Shown here: positions 9,289 through 18,404 of the stretch, piece by piece
Layout: each line of letters begins with the position of its first letter
Position numbering within the stretch: position 1 is the first letter of the stretch
Source: Candidatus Latescibacterota bacterium
Lineage (GTDB): Bacteria; Latescibacterota; UBA2968; UBA8231
DNA length: 64,000 bases
Direction of reading: 5' to 3'
NCBI GenBank assembly: GCA_965215195.1
Contig: CBDCDC010000002.1
Span: forward strand, 2,176,001 to 2,240,000
The notes under the pieces: model-generated
Seen by the model: only the letters and a program-made list of their open reading frames with translations
What the model was told of the DNA's origin: nothing
The model's database searches: none
Position numbers and translations under genes: made by a program

Positions 9289-9570
9289 CTATGGGCAAAC
9301 GCAGCACTCCCAATGAGAGCATTGTCTCCTGCAGTTCACATCCATCGAACATGTCCTACATTCGCACTCCTTTATCCCATTCGTGTGCACAGCGCAATCT
9401 GCGTTAGACCTACTCTGTGTCCGTGGGTCGGGCTCGCAGGCAGCAGCTTCTCGCGCCCCGAGCAGGATGGCGACCCCGGTGAGGGCACTGATGACCCACC
9501 CGAGCCCCAACCCCTGCCGCATCGGAGCCAAGCCGCTCGACGACGTGAAGAATTCCCTCAAGCTATCCAT
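9289..9570 (-). CDS. 93-aa secreted Cys-rich peptide precursor (10 Cys in a 49-aa core)
   Basis: Start re-called at ATG 9570 (SD AGGAGG): MDSLREFFTSSSGLAPMRQGLGLGWVISALTGVAILLGAREAAA-CEPDPRTQSRSNADCAVHTNGIKECECRTCSMDVNCRRQCSHWECCVCP. The leader is paralogous to that of 5927-6748. Confidence 0.85.
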   Translation of the reverse strand: MDSLREFFTSSSGLAPMRQGLGLGWVISALTGVAILLGAREAAACEPDPRTQSRSNADCAVHTNGIKECECRTCSMDVNCRRQCSHWECCVCP

Positions 9571-9589
9571 GCTTCTTTCCTCCTGATAA

Positions 9590-9654
9590 CTCCAGTACCT
9601 CCGCGACCCCATGCCGCTACAATACTGGAAGTGAGCGTTGAGCAATGGCCGATA
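9590..9654 (-). promoter_or_regulatory. Conserved 5' leader element, copy 2 (hairpin)
   Basis: CCAGTAT-TGTA-GCGGC-ATGGG-GTCGC-GGAG-GTACTGG; homologous to 6769-6830. Confidence 0.55.
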
Positions 9655-9714
9655 CGAGTTTGTATTATCGCACCTCCTTTCGTCTGCATCGGCCTCGCCT
9701 TCGCGGAGTATATA

Positions 9715-9731
9715 TGCAAGTTCCGTGCCAA
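9715..9731 (-). promoter_or_regulatory. Sigma-54 (-24/-12) promoter
   Basis: TTGGCACGGAACTTGCA matches TGGCAC-N5-TTGC exactly; a sigma-54 activator gene lies directly upstream. Confidence 0.9.
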
Positions 9732-9851
9732 CAAGCAGGCCACGCACAAAAAAATCCTTTAGGAGGAACCTAAAGGATTGAAAAACATGATACTTAAAAT
9801 TATGGAAAGGGTCTCTCTACGATGCGCGGCCTCAGCCATTGGCGCAAGACA

Positions 9852-9947
9852 GCATACGATTTTCCGTATTTAATACGATTTTCCGTATTTAATACGATTT
9901 TCCGTATTTAATACGATTTTCCGTATTTAATACGATTTTCCGTATGC
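9852..9947. repeat. Five tandem copies of ATACGATTTTCCGTAT (19-bp period, TTA spacers); probable upstream activator sites
   Basis: Copies start at 9854, 9873, 9892, 9911 and 9930. Each is an ATACG-N6-CGTAT inverted repeat, ~125-215 bp upstream of the sigma-54 site. Confidence 0.9.
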
Positions 9948-10087
9948 ACTGAGGCCCCACCATCCCACTTTCGCTCCACAGCATTGAGGCGGGCGAAAGA
10001 AGCCGCGGGATAGACTTAAAGTAAAGCGACCCGCTTTGAAGACTTGGCTTTTGAGTTAGCTCCGGGGCCCTTGTAAAACGTTGCCCT

Positions 10088-13000
10088 CTACTTGCCCGTG
10101 CCGGGCTTTTTCGGTCGGCTTAGTCCATAATGGCGCATGCGGGAGCGCAGCCGTTCCGGGTTCATATTCAACACTTTGGCCGCGCCGCGCTCGCCATAGA
10201 CCATCCAGTTGGTCGCTTGCAGGGCCGCCACAATCTGCTGCTTTTCGTCCATGCCTTCGGCCGGTCCCGTCGCTTCGTCCCCCTCCCCGGTTGGCCGTGC
10301 CGCCGGCGCGAGCAACTTCCTTTCGTCCGCGTCTCCGGCTTGTTGCGCAACCTCCAGCGGCACATCCACCACTCGGATCACGCCCCCCTCGCACAACAAG
10401 ACCGCCCGATGAATCACGTGCTCCAACTCGCGCACATTCCCCGGCCAAGCATACGTCTGCAAGTACGCGACCACCCCGTCGGCTATCGTCGGTGCCGGCC
10501 GCTTGAGCTCTTGGGCATACTGCTCGGCAAAGTGCGCCACGAGCGCCGGTAGATCCTCGGGCCGCTGCCGCAGCGACGGAAGCGTTAACGTGAAGGTGTC
10601 TAAGCGGTAGAACAGGTCTTCGCGGAACGTACGTTCGGCGATGGCCTGCCGCAGGTCGCGGTTGGTCGCCGCAATGACCCGCACATCCACGGGTATAGGC
10701 CGCTGGCCGCCGACGCGGGTCAGGGTCTTCTCCTCTAAGATGTTCAGCAGCACCCGCTGAGACTCCAACGGCAAATCGCCGATTTCGTCCAAAAAGAGGG
10801 TGCCGCCATCGGCCAGTTCAAAGCGGCCAAGCTGGCGAGCATGGGCACTGGTAAAGGCCCCTTTCTCGTGGCCGAACAGTTCGTTTTCGATCAGTCCTGC
10901 CGGGAACGCCCCGCAATTGACGTGGATGAAAGGACGATCTCGGCGGGGGCTGGTGGCGTGGATGGTCTGCGCCAGCACGCCCTTGCCCGTGCCGGTCTCG
11001 CCCAGCACCAGCACCGTCATATCGGTCTCAGCGACCTGCGAGACTTTTTTTAGCGCCTCGTGCATGGCCGGACTGTGGCTCGGCACAACATGCTCAGCCG
11101 CCCCGCCCAGTAGCTCTTCAAAGGCTCGGAGGCGTTCGGTTTTGCTATCCGGGTGGACTTGTATAGCCAAGCCGACCACCTCGGACCGCAGGCTATCGCG
11201 GTCTATGGCCTGCACCTCAAAGCGGTAGTCGCCCACCGGCAGGGCCTTGTACGCCACCGCATCCGCGGCCGTGAACGCGCTCCATGGTTCGGCGGGGCCG
11301 TACCCTACCAAGCGATGGCGATAGCGCATCTGACTCGCACCGCTGCGGAAACTGATGCCTTGGAAGTGAAGGCGGATTTCCGGGGTGTCCTCGGAGCAGG
11401 ATACAGCGTCGGGCATGGCCAAGCGGTGCCCGGCCAGCACCTCGCGGATCACCAACCGCGGCGGCGTGTCGCCCGGCTGGTAGGCCACCAGCCCCGCCCG
11501 CGTCCCAAACCACACCCGACCATCGCGGTCGCACAAAACCGCCTCGACGATGTTGCCGAGCGCAGACGGCCCCAAGCGGATGCTCTGGAAGGTCTCGCCG
11601 TCGTAGCGGAGCACACCCCCGCCGCTGGTCCCAATCCAAATATGGCCCTGCGAGTCGGCCGTCAGCGCCAAGATGCCGTTGGCCGACAGCCCGGAATTGG
11701 TGGTGGTAAAGTGGCGCACCTGCCCGGACGAGAGGTCGAAGGCGAAAAGCCCCTTCGCCGTGCCGACCCACAACGTATTTTGGTGCTCCCACAACACGTG
11801 GACGTAGGCCATCGCCACGGCCTCGGCCCTCGCCACGGGGCGGAATTGACCCTCCTTATAGCAATAGAGCGCTGGTACGCGGCCGAAGAAACCGATCCAG
11901 AACACGCCGTTTTGGTCTTGCAGCAGGGCGCGGCACTCGTCGCCCTCCCACGCGTCGAAGGGCGTGAAGCGGTTGTCTTCTATCCAGCCAAAGCGGCCCT
12001 GGAGCGTACCAAGCCATATACGCCCTTGCTCATCTTCGCACAGCCCGGTGATTTTTTCCGAGTAGGTTTCGCCATCCACCGCGATCGCGTGCGGCGTCTG
12101 ACCCTCCCACTGGTACACCCGGCCGCTCTCCCCCCCGCTCCACACCTGCCCCTCGCCATCCACCATCAGCGCCGAAACGGTTTCAACCTGATCGAGCGGA
12201 CGAATCCGACCGTTTTCCATGCAGGCCATGCCGCTCATCGTGCCAAGCCACAGCCGGCCGGCCGCGTCTTCGCCCAAGTGGAGCACCTCCCGGTCGGGCA
12301 AGCCATTGACTTCGGTGTAGTACTGGATGCTGACCGGATCGCAAAAGACCAGCCCGCCCCCCCAAAGCCCGATCCAGATATTGCCCTCGCGGTCTTCATA
12401 CGTCAGGCGCGTACTCGAAAAGTCAACGTCCAGCAAGTTCGTGGAGAAATGATGCCACGCCTGCCCGTCGTAGCAGATCACCCCTCGACGCGCCATCCAC
12501 AGCCAACCCCGAGCGTCAGCCCGCACGTGCCGCGTCCCCTGCTGCCCGGTGTGTGCGGCCTTACGGCCTACGTCAATGAAGGCCAACTGCTCAGCGTCCG
12601 GATCGTACCGGCCAATCAAGGCTTCGCTACCCGTATAGTGGAAGGCAATCCACAGCGAGCCGGCGGGGTCTTGGGCGAATTTCCACGGCCAGCGCACCGC
12701 CCGCTCGCTGGTATCCATGCGTCGCCCATCCAAGCTGAGGACGCCTCGGGTCCACGTCGCCAGCCACGTGGTGCCGCCCGCGTCCGTAGCCATATCGTAC
12801 ACCCGCCCCAGCGGTTGGCCGCCCACATGCGTTAGGCACTTTGTGCAGCGGCCATCGGCAAACCACGCCACGCCCGCGCCGGTCAGAGCCAACACCGAGC
12901 CATCCGGCTGGGCTTGCAGCCCCAAAATCTCGTTGGAAGGCAGCCCGTGCTCCGTGGTGTACACCTCAAAGCCGCGCCCGTCGTACGCGGCGATTCCCCC

Positions 13001-13252
13001 GCCCAACGTGCCGAACAGCAGCCGCCCGTCGGCTTCCTCGGCAATGGCCATGACCGTCAGATTCGGCAGGCCATCTTCGAGGCCAAAGCGATCGAATCGC
13101 GCACTGTCGAACCGGCTGACGCCGCCGTCGGCCGTGGCGATCCAGAGAAAGCCTTGGCGGTCTTGGTAGAGGTCTTCGACGTGCATCCCGCCCAGCCCGT
13201 CAAAGACGGTGTACTGGGTGCTTAACACATGCTCAAAGGATAGGGCGCTCAT
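10088..13252 (-). CDS. Sigma-54-dependent Fis-family activator with N-terminal two-component-regulator propeller and YYY domains
   Basis: Repeated D..G.lWigT..G propeller blades; YYY domain (YRHRL...[15 protein letters not shown]); [45 protein letters not shown]; C-terminal HTH. Confidence 0.93.
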   Translation of the reverse strand: MSALSFEHVLSTQYTVFDGLGGMHVEDLYQDRQGFLWIATADGGVSRFDSARFDRFGLEDGLPNLTVMAIAEEADGRLLFGTLGGGIAAYDGRGFEVYTTEHGLPSNEILGLQAQPDGSVLALTGAGVAWFADGRCTKCLTHVGGQPLGRVYDMATDAGGTTWLATWTRGVLSLDGRRMDTSERAVRWPWKFAQDPAGSLWIAFHYTGSEALIGRYDPDAEQLAFIDVGRKAAHTGQQGTRHVRADARGWLWMARRGVICYDGQAWHHFSTNLLDVDFSSTRLTYEDREGNIWIGLWGGGLVFCDPVSIQYYTEVNGLPDREVLHLGEDAAGRLWLGTMSGMACMENGRIRPLDQVETVSALMVDGEGQVWSGGESGRVYQWEGQTPHAIAVDGETYSEKITGLCEDEQGRIWLGTLQGRFGWIEDNRFTPFDAWEGDECRALLQDQNGVFWIGFFGRVPALYCYKEGQFRPVARAEAVAMAYVHVLWEHQNTLWVGTAKGLFAFDLSSGQVRHFTTTNSGLSANGILALTADSQGHIWIGTSGGGVLRYDGETFQSIRLGPSALGNIVEAVLCDRDGRVWFGTRAGLVAYQPGDTPPRLVIREVLAGHRLAMPDAVSCSEDTPEIRLHFQGISFRSGASQMRYRHRLVGYGPAEPWSAFTAADAVAYKALPVGDYRFEVQAIDRDSLRSEVVGLAIQVHPDSKTERLRAFEELLGGAAEHVVPSHSPAMHEALKKVSQVAETDMTVLVLGETGTGKGVLAQTIHATSPRRDRPFIHVNCGAFPAGLIENELFGHEKGAFTSAHARQLGRFELADGGTLFLDEIGDLPLESQRVLLNILEEKTLTRVGGQRPIPVDVRVIAATNRDLRQAIAERTFREDLFYRLDTFTLTLPSLRQRPEDLPALVAHFAEQYAQELKRPAPTIADGVVAYLQTYAWPGNVRELEHVIHRAVLLCEGGVIRVVDVPLEVAQQAGDADERKLLAPAARPTGEGDEATGPAEGMDEKQQIVAALQATNWMVYGERGAAKVLNMNPERLRSRMRHYGLSRPKKPGTGK

Positions 13253-13285
13253 ATTGTCCTTTCGGCGTTCGTTAGGGGGTAGGTC

Positions 13286-14862
13286 CTACATCCCCCACAC
13301 CTCAATCACCACCCCACTAGACGACGTCTGGCGGCAGTGGAACACCTTGTCGTCCCACCGCCGCCCTTCGCGCCGGTCGAATATCACCAGATGACCCGCC
13401 TCGGCCTCACAGCAATCCATGTAGGCCGCCGTCTGTTCCAATCCCTCGGCGATAGTCTGCTCCAAGCTCTGGTGCAGAATTTTGCATTCGATCACCACTT
13501 TAAGCATCCGCTCGCCCTGCGGCCACACGATCAGCAAATCCGTCCGCCGCCGACCCAATCCATATTCCCGCTCAATCCGACCGCCGCTGTTGACGATGCG
13601 CTGCAAAAACGCTTGGAGCAGCAACTGCGGCCCCGCTTCCTTGTACTGGAACCGCTCCACCCAAGGCTCCGAATGCTCGCGAAAAAACCCTTGGAACGCC
13701 GCCAGCAACTTGCCCATGTCCAAGCTCCCGTCGGCATCCACATACCACGTCATGTCTTGGGCTAACGTCGCTTGGGTGGTATAGGTCAGTTCCCGCGGAA
13801 TGACTTCGCGGTAAAGCGGATTGGCGATGCACATGGGGTCGTCCATGCTGATGAGGCCCAAATCGCGGACGTACATCAAGTCGTCCGGGGGCAGCGAGCG
13901 CACCTCGGTGCCGCTCAGCAGCGGCTCAACCACCCGCCGCACCCGCTCCTCTTGCAGCTTGTCGGCCAACTGATCCAAGTGCGTCTCGCGCCGCAGGATG
14001 AGCTGCTCTTGCGCGGCGCGGATCGCCTCGGCCGCGACCGGACGATGCCACGCCGCGGCAAATTCGCCGTGGAAACAGGCTTCGTCGGCCAGCGCGTTGA
14101 CCAGCCACGGCTGCCCTTGCGTCTGCGTCCAGACCACGTCCAGCGCCTCGGCGGTAAACTGTTGGCCCGTTTCTGCGGTGTGCTGACCCAGCAACGCCAG
14201 CACCTCCTCCCGCGAAAAATCCCCCAACCGCAGCGACCGCGCCTTGATGTTGAACGCACTGCCGCCAGTGATGATCGCGTTCTCGGCCGTCGATTGAATG
14301 CGGTAGTCGCGCACATCGCGCACCCCGCACAGCACCACGCTCTGCGGAAAGTCCTCGGGACGCAAATCGTAGCCGGCCCGCAATTGCCGCAGTACCGACA
14401 CGAGGGTGTCGCCGACCAGTGCGTCGATCTCGTCAATCAGCAGCACCAGCGGCGTCGGCTCGGCTCCCGCCCAGCGGCTGAGCACCTGCCGGAGGGCTCC
14501 ATCGGGACCGTACCGCTGCAACGCATCGAACCAGATTTCCTCGACAAACTCGTCTTGCAGGGCCTGCCGGGCGCGCAAGGCCAATTCGCCGAGGATCGCC
14601 CGCATGGCGCGCTGGGTATCTTCCCGGCCCGCCTGTCCGACCTCGACATTGACATAGGCGCAGCGGTAGGCCCCTTCGGCATTGAGCAGCTCGCGCAACG
14701 CCAGCGGGCCGAGGTCTTGCCCGTCTGACGCGGCGCGTACAGGACGAAGTACTTCTCGTCCCGCACCAGTGCAAGCACCTCGGCCAAGTTCAGCCGATCC
14801 AACGGCGCGATGTAGTAGTGCTTTGTGGGCTTGACCGGACCAGCCGTATTAAAAAAACGCAT
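13286..14862 (-). pseudogene. AAA-family ATPase with a C-terminal PD-(D/E)XK-like domain, frameshifted
   Basis: Paralog of 43692-45332. A 1-nt deletion just after APRQTGKTSA (~14706) splits it into ORFs 14437-14862 and 13286-14698; this could be a sequencing error. Confidence 0.85.
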
Positions 14863-14979
14863 CTCGTTTCTCTTGGGGAGCTACGTAAACGACACTAAGG
14901 GTTGCTAACACGTGCTCAAAGTTTACCGATATTCGTTTTAACTCAACAGCTTCTAATGGCGCGAGCGAGGCTAGCATAA

Positions 14980-15040
14980 CTGACTTCACCCTGCCTTCGC
15001 AGGGGCAGGCTCTGCGAAGGCAGGGGGTGCGTAACATCAG
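14980..15040. repeat. Hairpin / degenerate MITE-like element
   Basis: CCCTGCCTTCGCAG...CTGCGAAGGCAGGG stem; the right end TGCGTAACATCAG matches 12/13 nt of the MITE TIR at 9220-9232. Confidence 0.5.
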
Positions 15041-15068
15041 TGAATAAACCTACCTGCCAAATGTCCCC

Positions 15069-17207
15069 TTACGGCAGCTTGGTCGTCTTTTTCGCTTCCA
15101 CCTGCCCATCCACCTTGACCTGATAGACGTACACCCCAGCGGCCACATCCTTGCCCACCTCATCGCGCCCATCCCACACAAACCGATGGCTGCCCGCCCC
15201 CAGCGGACCATCCCACACCGGCCGCACCCGACGACCCAACACATCGTACACCGTCAGCGACACCTCCGCCGCGTCCGTCGCCAAATCAAGGGGAAGCACC
15301 ACCGCCGGATTAAACGGATTGGGATAGCTTGCGCCCAGCCGATGTTGCACCGGCCGCGCTACTGCTGGCATCAGCACCGCGGTCGCCTGCTCGCTCAACG
15401 AACTCTTGAGCACATGCACCCCACCCAAGATCGGATCCAACACCACCAAGTCGAGATCGCCGTCGCCATCCATATCCCCGGACAGCACGTATCTCCCGGT
15501 TCCCGCCAGCCGATGCCGCTCCCCGGCTTGAGTCGGGTTGACACTTCCGCCCCATTCGACAAAGACCCCAAAGCCCGAAGCGCGGTCTCCGCCGATAAAC
15601 ACCCAGTCGTCCACCCCATCGGCGTTGAGGTCGCGCACCAGCACCGGCGAGCGTCGCAACAGCCGGTCATCGTATAGTACGTCTGCTTCTACGTTGTCTC
15701 CGCCGCGCTTTCTATACAAAACCAGCCCCTTGCTACCTTCTGTTTGATCGTGTATGAACTCCGTGAGGAAATCCACCTGCCCATCGCCGTCAAAATCGCC
15801 CACCCCCAACAGCCCTATCCTCTCATCGAATTCAAAGACCTCGCTCTCCTGAAACTCCGCATCCAAGGCCTGCACCCCCACAATCCACCTACTCTCCCGC
15901 CCGATGCCCTGCGTCCACAACACGTCGGGGCGTCCATCGCCGGTAAAGTCGCCGGCCTGAGCAAACGAATAGGTTTGGGAAATCGCCACCTCCGTGGCGG
16001 TCCACACGCCCTGTGCTACATCCCACACCGCTAACGAGCTAAAATACGTCGCCGTACCCGCCAGCGCTGCGTCTAAAGTGCCTTCAAACGTAGTCTCCCC
16101 GACAAATAACTCGACCCGGCCATCGCCATCCCAATCGCCCACCCCCTGAATCCAGCTATCGATCTGCGCGAGGACCTCGACTTGGAGTTCCTGATTGATA
16201 GACCACACTTCGGTCCGGGGCTCCCGGTTGCTGCGTGATAGCGCGATTTCGTCCTTACCATCGCCGGTCAAATCCGCACCCAGTGCGCTTAAGACCGCTC
16301 CACCTTCAGCTACTTCCTCTATAACAGGCCCCTGTTCCAAGACCCCTCGCCCGTCGTTGACGGCCATCAGCCAGCCACTTTTAGTCTCAAGAGGCCCATA
16401 CTTATTCTCTGTTCTCATTTCCCACAGGCCAAACAGGTCTAAGTCGCCATCGCCATCCAAGTCCGTCAACACGCCATCCGTATGATCCCTCTCCCCTATA
16501 TACGACCCTCCAATAGGGGCTTCCCCTAGGCCCGGGGCAATCGGATAGAACACCGGCGGCGCAAACAGGCCGGTCCCCGCAAAGTCAAAGTAGGACGCTA
16601 CCGGCGGCGGCGGCCGTTCTCCTTGGAGCATCTCTTCCACGCCGGTCAACTCGATCCAGTCAATCTCAAACGCCTCGACCACCCCAAGATCGGCATCCAA
16701 ACCAGAATTCAGACTAAAACTGAGCTGGATATTTTTTAACAGACCCTCCCATCCGTCTTGACCATCCAATGAGAGCACCGCTTCCTGCCACTCGGTGGTA
16801 TAGACTATGCCTTGTCCAACATAGCTCTCAAAAAAGAAAAAATCTCCAAGACCTGAAGATCTTTCCCACTCGATCCAAAAAGTACCCTCCGTAGAGCGGT
16901 CATGGACGGTGCGGAACCGGACGCGGACTTGATCAAACAGACCCGAATCATACCCGATGGGAGAAGAAACCACCGCGACCCCCGGCTGGGAGGTACGCAA
17001 ACTCTGGGTGACGGCGGGATCGACCCGGATCCGCCACACGCCATCGTCGACTACCCCTGGGAACTGGTGAAATTCACGCGTACCCCCCGATACAAGCGCT
17101 TCTTTGGGCGTCCACCCTTGCGTCGTCCCGTCGTCGAAATCCCACTTGATCGCTTCGGCAGGGCCGCTCCACAGCACAACGCCAGCAACAACAGCAAATT
17201 TCAGCAT
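15069..17207 (-). CDS. Secreted FG-GAP/VCBS-repeat FlgD-tailed protein, paralog of 6862-9045
   Basis: MLKFAVVAGVVLWSGPAEA-IKWDFDDGTTQGWTPKE; same architecture, near-identical C-terminal third. Confidence 0.88.
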   Translation of the reverse strand: MLKFAVVAGVVLWSGPAEAIKWDFDDGTTQGWTPKEALVSGGTREFHQFPGVVDDGVWRIRVDPAVTQSLRTSQPGVAVVSSPIGYDSGLFDQVRVRFRTVHDRSTEGTFWIEWERSSGLGDFFFFESYVGQGIVYTTEWQEAVLSLDGQDGWEGLLKNIQLSFSLNSGLDADLGVVEAFEIDWIELTGVEEMLQGERPPPPVASYFDFAGTGLFAPPVFYPIAPGLGEAPIGGSYIGERDHTDGVLTDLDGDGDLDLFGLWEMRTENKYGPLETKSGWLMAVNDGRGVLEQGPVIEEVAEGGAVLSALGADLTGDGKDEIALSRSNREPRTEVWSINQELQVEVLAQIDSWIQGVGDWDGDGRVELFVGETTFEGTLDAALAGTATYFSSLAVWDVAQGVWTATEVAISQTYSFAQAGDFTGDGRPDVLWTQGIGRESRWIVGVQALDAEFQESEVFEFDERIGLLGVGDFDGDGQVDFLTEFIHDQTEGSKGLVLYRKRGGDNVEADVLYDDRLLRRSPVLVRDLNADGVDDWVFIGGDRASGFGVFVEWGGSVNPTQAGERHRLAGTGRYVLSGDMDGDGDLDLVVLDPILGGVHVLKSSLSEQATAVLMPAVARPVQHRLGASYPNPFNPAVVLPLDLATDAAEVSLTVYDVLGRRVRPVWDGPLGAGSHRFVWDGRDEVGKDVAAGVYVYQVKVDGQVEAKKTTKLP

Positions 17208-17246
17208 GATATCACCGATCCTTTCCAACCGTGTAGAATAAGGAAA

Positions 17247-17285
17247 AAGGGACTGGCTCAATCGCTACGATTAAGCCAGTCCCTT
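17247..17285 (-). terminator. Intrinsic terminator, homolog of 9103-9260 without the MITE
   Basis: AAGGGACTGGCTTAATC-gtagc-GATTGAGCCAGTCCCTT followed by Ts on the minus strand. Confidence 0.75.
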
Positions 17286-17290
17286 CACTT

Positions 17291-17410
17291 AAGCACCCGC
17301 ACCGACCCGTCCGGCTGCGCTTGCAGACCCAAAATCTCGTCGGACGGCAGCCCGTGCGCGGTGGTGTACACCTCAAAGCCGCGCCCGTCATACGCGGCGA
17401 TCCCCCGCCG
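17291..17410 (-). pseudogene. ~120-bp fragment of the propeller-sigma-54 activator gene
   Basis: Near-identical to ~12885-13003 ([32 protein letters not shown]). Confidence 0.85.
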
Positions 17411-17556
17411 AAGTTATTCCCTACCTAGACGCACAAGGGTAACATCAATATGTAAGCCGCCCTAAGATACAACCGCCGACGCCCGTTTGTAGCCCGTGCG
17501 TTAGGCTGGATGTCACGCGCTCGTGAAACTCCTCGGCGCACCAGTCCTTCTTCATC

Positions 17557-18342
17557 TCACAGCAGTTCCGGCCGGAACTCCACGGCGTTGACGGCCTTTT
17601 TCCGGTCGCCATCGTCCTCAACCTCAAACTCGATGATCGCGCCGCGCACCTTGAGATGGGCAAAGTCCGCGTTGGACACCACCCCACCCCGCACCGTGCG
17701 CAGGTCGGTGATGTGCAGAAAAATATCTTCGCGTATGGTGTCCATCCCCAAGCCGGTCTGCACGGTCAAGAACCCGTAGCCCTTCTCCTCGTTGACCGCG
17801 TGTAGGATGCCGCGCAGGCGCTGAGTCGTACCGCGCTCGGAGAACAGAATGTCGGGCACCAAGTACCCAGAAAAGTGGTGATCTACCTCTTGGCGCAGGT
17901 CGGTGCTGGTGTTCATAAAAGACAGCAGATCGACCCGCTTGCCCCGGTTTTGCAGGGCGCGCACCAAGCGCACGAAATCGCCATCGCCGCTGCCCAACAG
18001 CACGTAGTCCAAATTCTCCGACTGCAACAGGGCATCTATCGCTAGCTCTAGGTCGGCGTCGGCCTTGACGATGGTGTCGCCTTCCGGAGTGAGATAGCGC
18101 CGCACTTCCTTGAGGATCAGGTGGTAGCCCTCCCGCCGCGCTCGAGTGCGATAAATTTCCCTCTTTTGGCGGTACTCTAAGTCCGTCTTTTCGCGCTCGC
18201 GGTCAATGGCCATATAGGCGTTGGCCCGCACCACGACCGCCCGCTGCGCCTCTACGAGGGCCTTGATCTGGCGAAACCGGATGGCGTAGCCGCCGCAGCG
18301 ATTGAGATTCTCCATATCGAGAAATATGCCTGCTTTTAGCAC
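17557..18342 (-). CDS. NYN (LabA/DUF88) domain protein with a C-terminal cold-shock domain
   Basis: Start re-called at GTG 18342; FLDMENL, KADADLELAIDAL, LGSGDGDF; C-terminal EEKGYGFL...DIFLHITDL. Confidence 0.88.
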   Translation of the reverse strand: MLKAGIFLDMENLNRCGGYAIRFRQIKALVEAQRAVVVRANAYMAIDREREKTDLEYRQKREIYRTRARREGYHLILKEVRRYLTPEGDTIVKADADLELAIDALLQSENLDYVLLGSGDGDFVRLVRALQNRGKRVDLLSFMNTSTDLRQEVDHHFSGYLVPDILFSERGTTQRLRGILHAVNEEKGYGFLTVQTGLGMDTIREDIFLHITDLRTVRGGVVSNADFAHLKVRGAIIEFEVEDDGDRKKAVNAVEFRPELL

Positions 18343-18366
18343 GTGTATCCTTCTTAGTTGGTAAGT

Positions 18367-18392
18367 GTAGGGGCACCCCTCGTGGGTGTCCT
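18367..18392 (+). repeat. REP-like palindrome (GTAG foot)
   Basis: GTAG-GGGCACCC-CTCGT-GGGTGTCC hairpin in an intergenic gap. Confidence 0.6.
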
Positions 18393-18404
18393 GTGGGGTG
18401 GGCG

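Noticed and set aside
9289-9570. Ranthipeptide/sactipeptide matured by the radical SAM at 19717
   Set aside because: That enzyme is 10 kb away, on the other strand, in an unrelated context and lacks an RRE domain; local redoxins favour disulfides.
9571-9747. 152-aa version of the peptide ORF from the track
   Set aside because: The extension overlaps the sigma-54 promoter; the SD and the paralog alignment place the start at 9570.
9780-9812. Possible IHF site between the array and the sigma-54 promoter
   Set aside because: AT-rich and well placed, but only a loose match to WATCAR-N4-TTR.
9854-9945. CRISPR-like array
   Set aside because: The repeats are 16 bp with invariant 3-nt spacers and no cas genes; it is a tandem repeat.
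11153-12835. 560-aa plus-strand ORF (and similar long antisense ORFs at 13772, 24054, 34294 and 50993)
   Set aside because: Antisense shadows of GC-rich genes, with no recognisable motifs.
5927-17207. Diversity-generating retroelement explaining the repeated tails
   Set aside because: No reverse transcriptase; differences between copies are not adenine-specific; all copies are coding.
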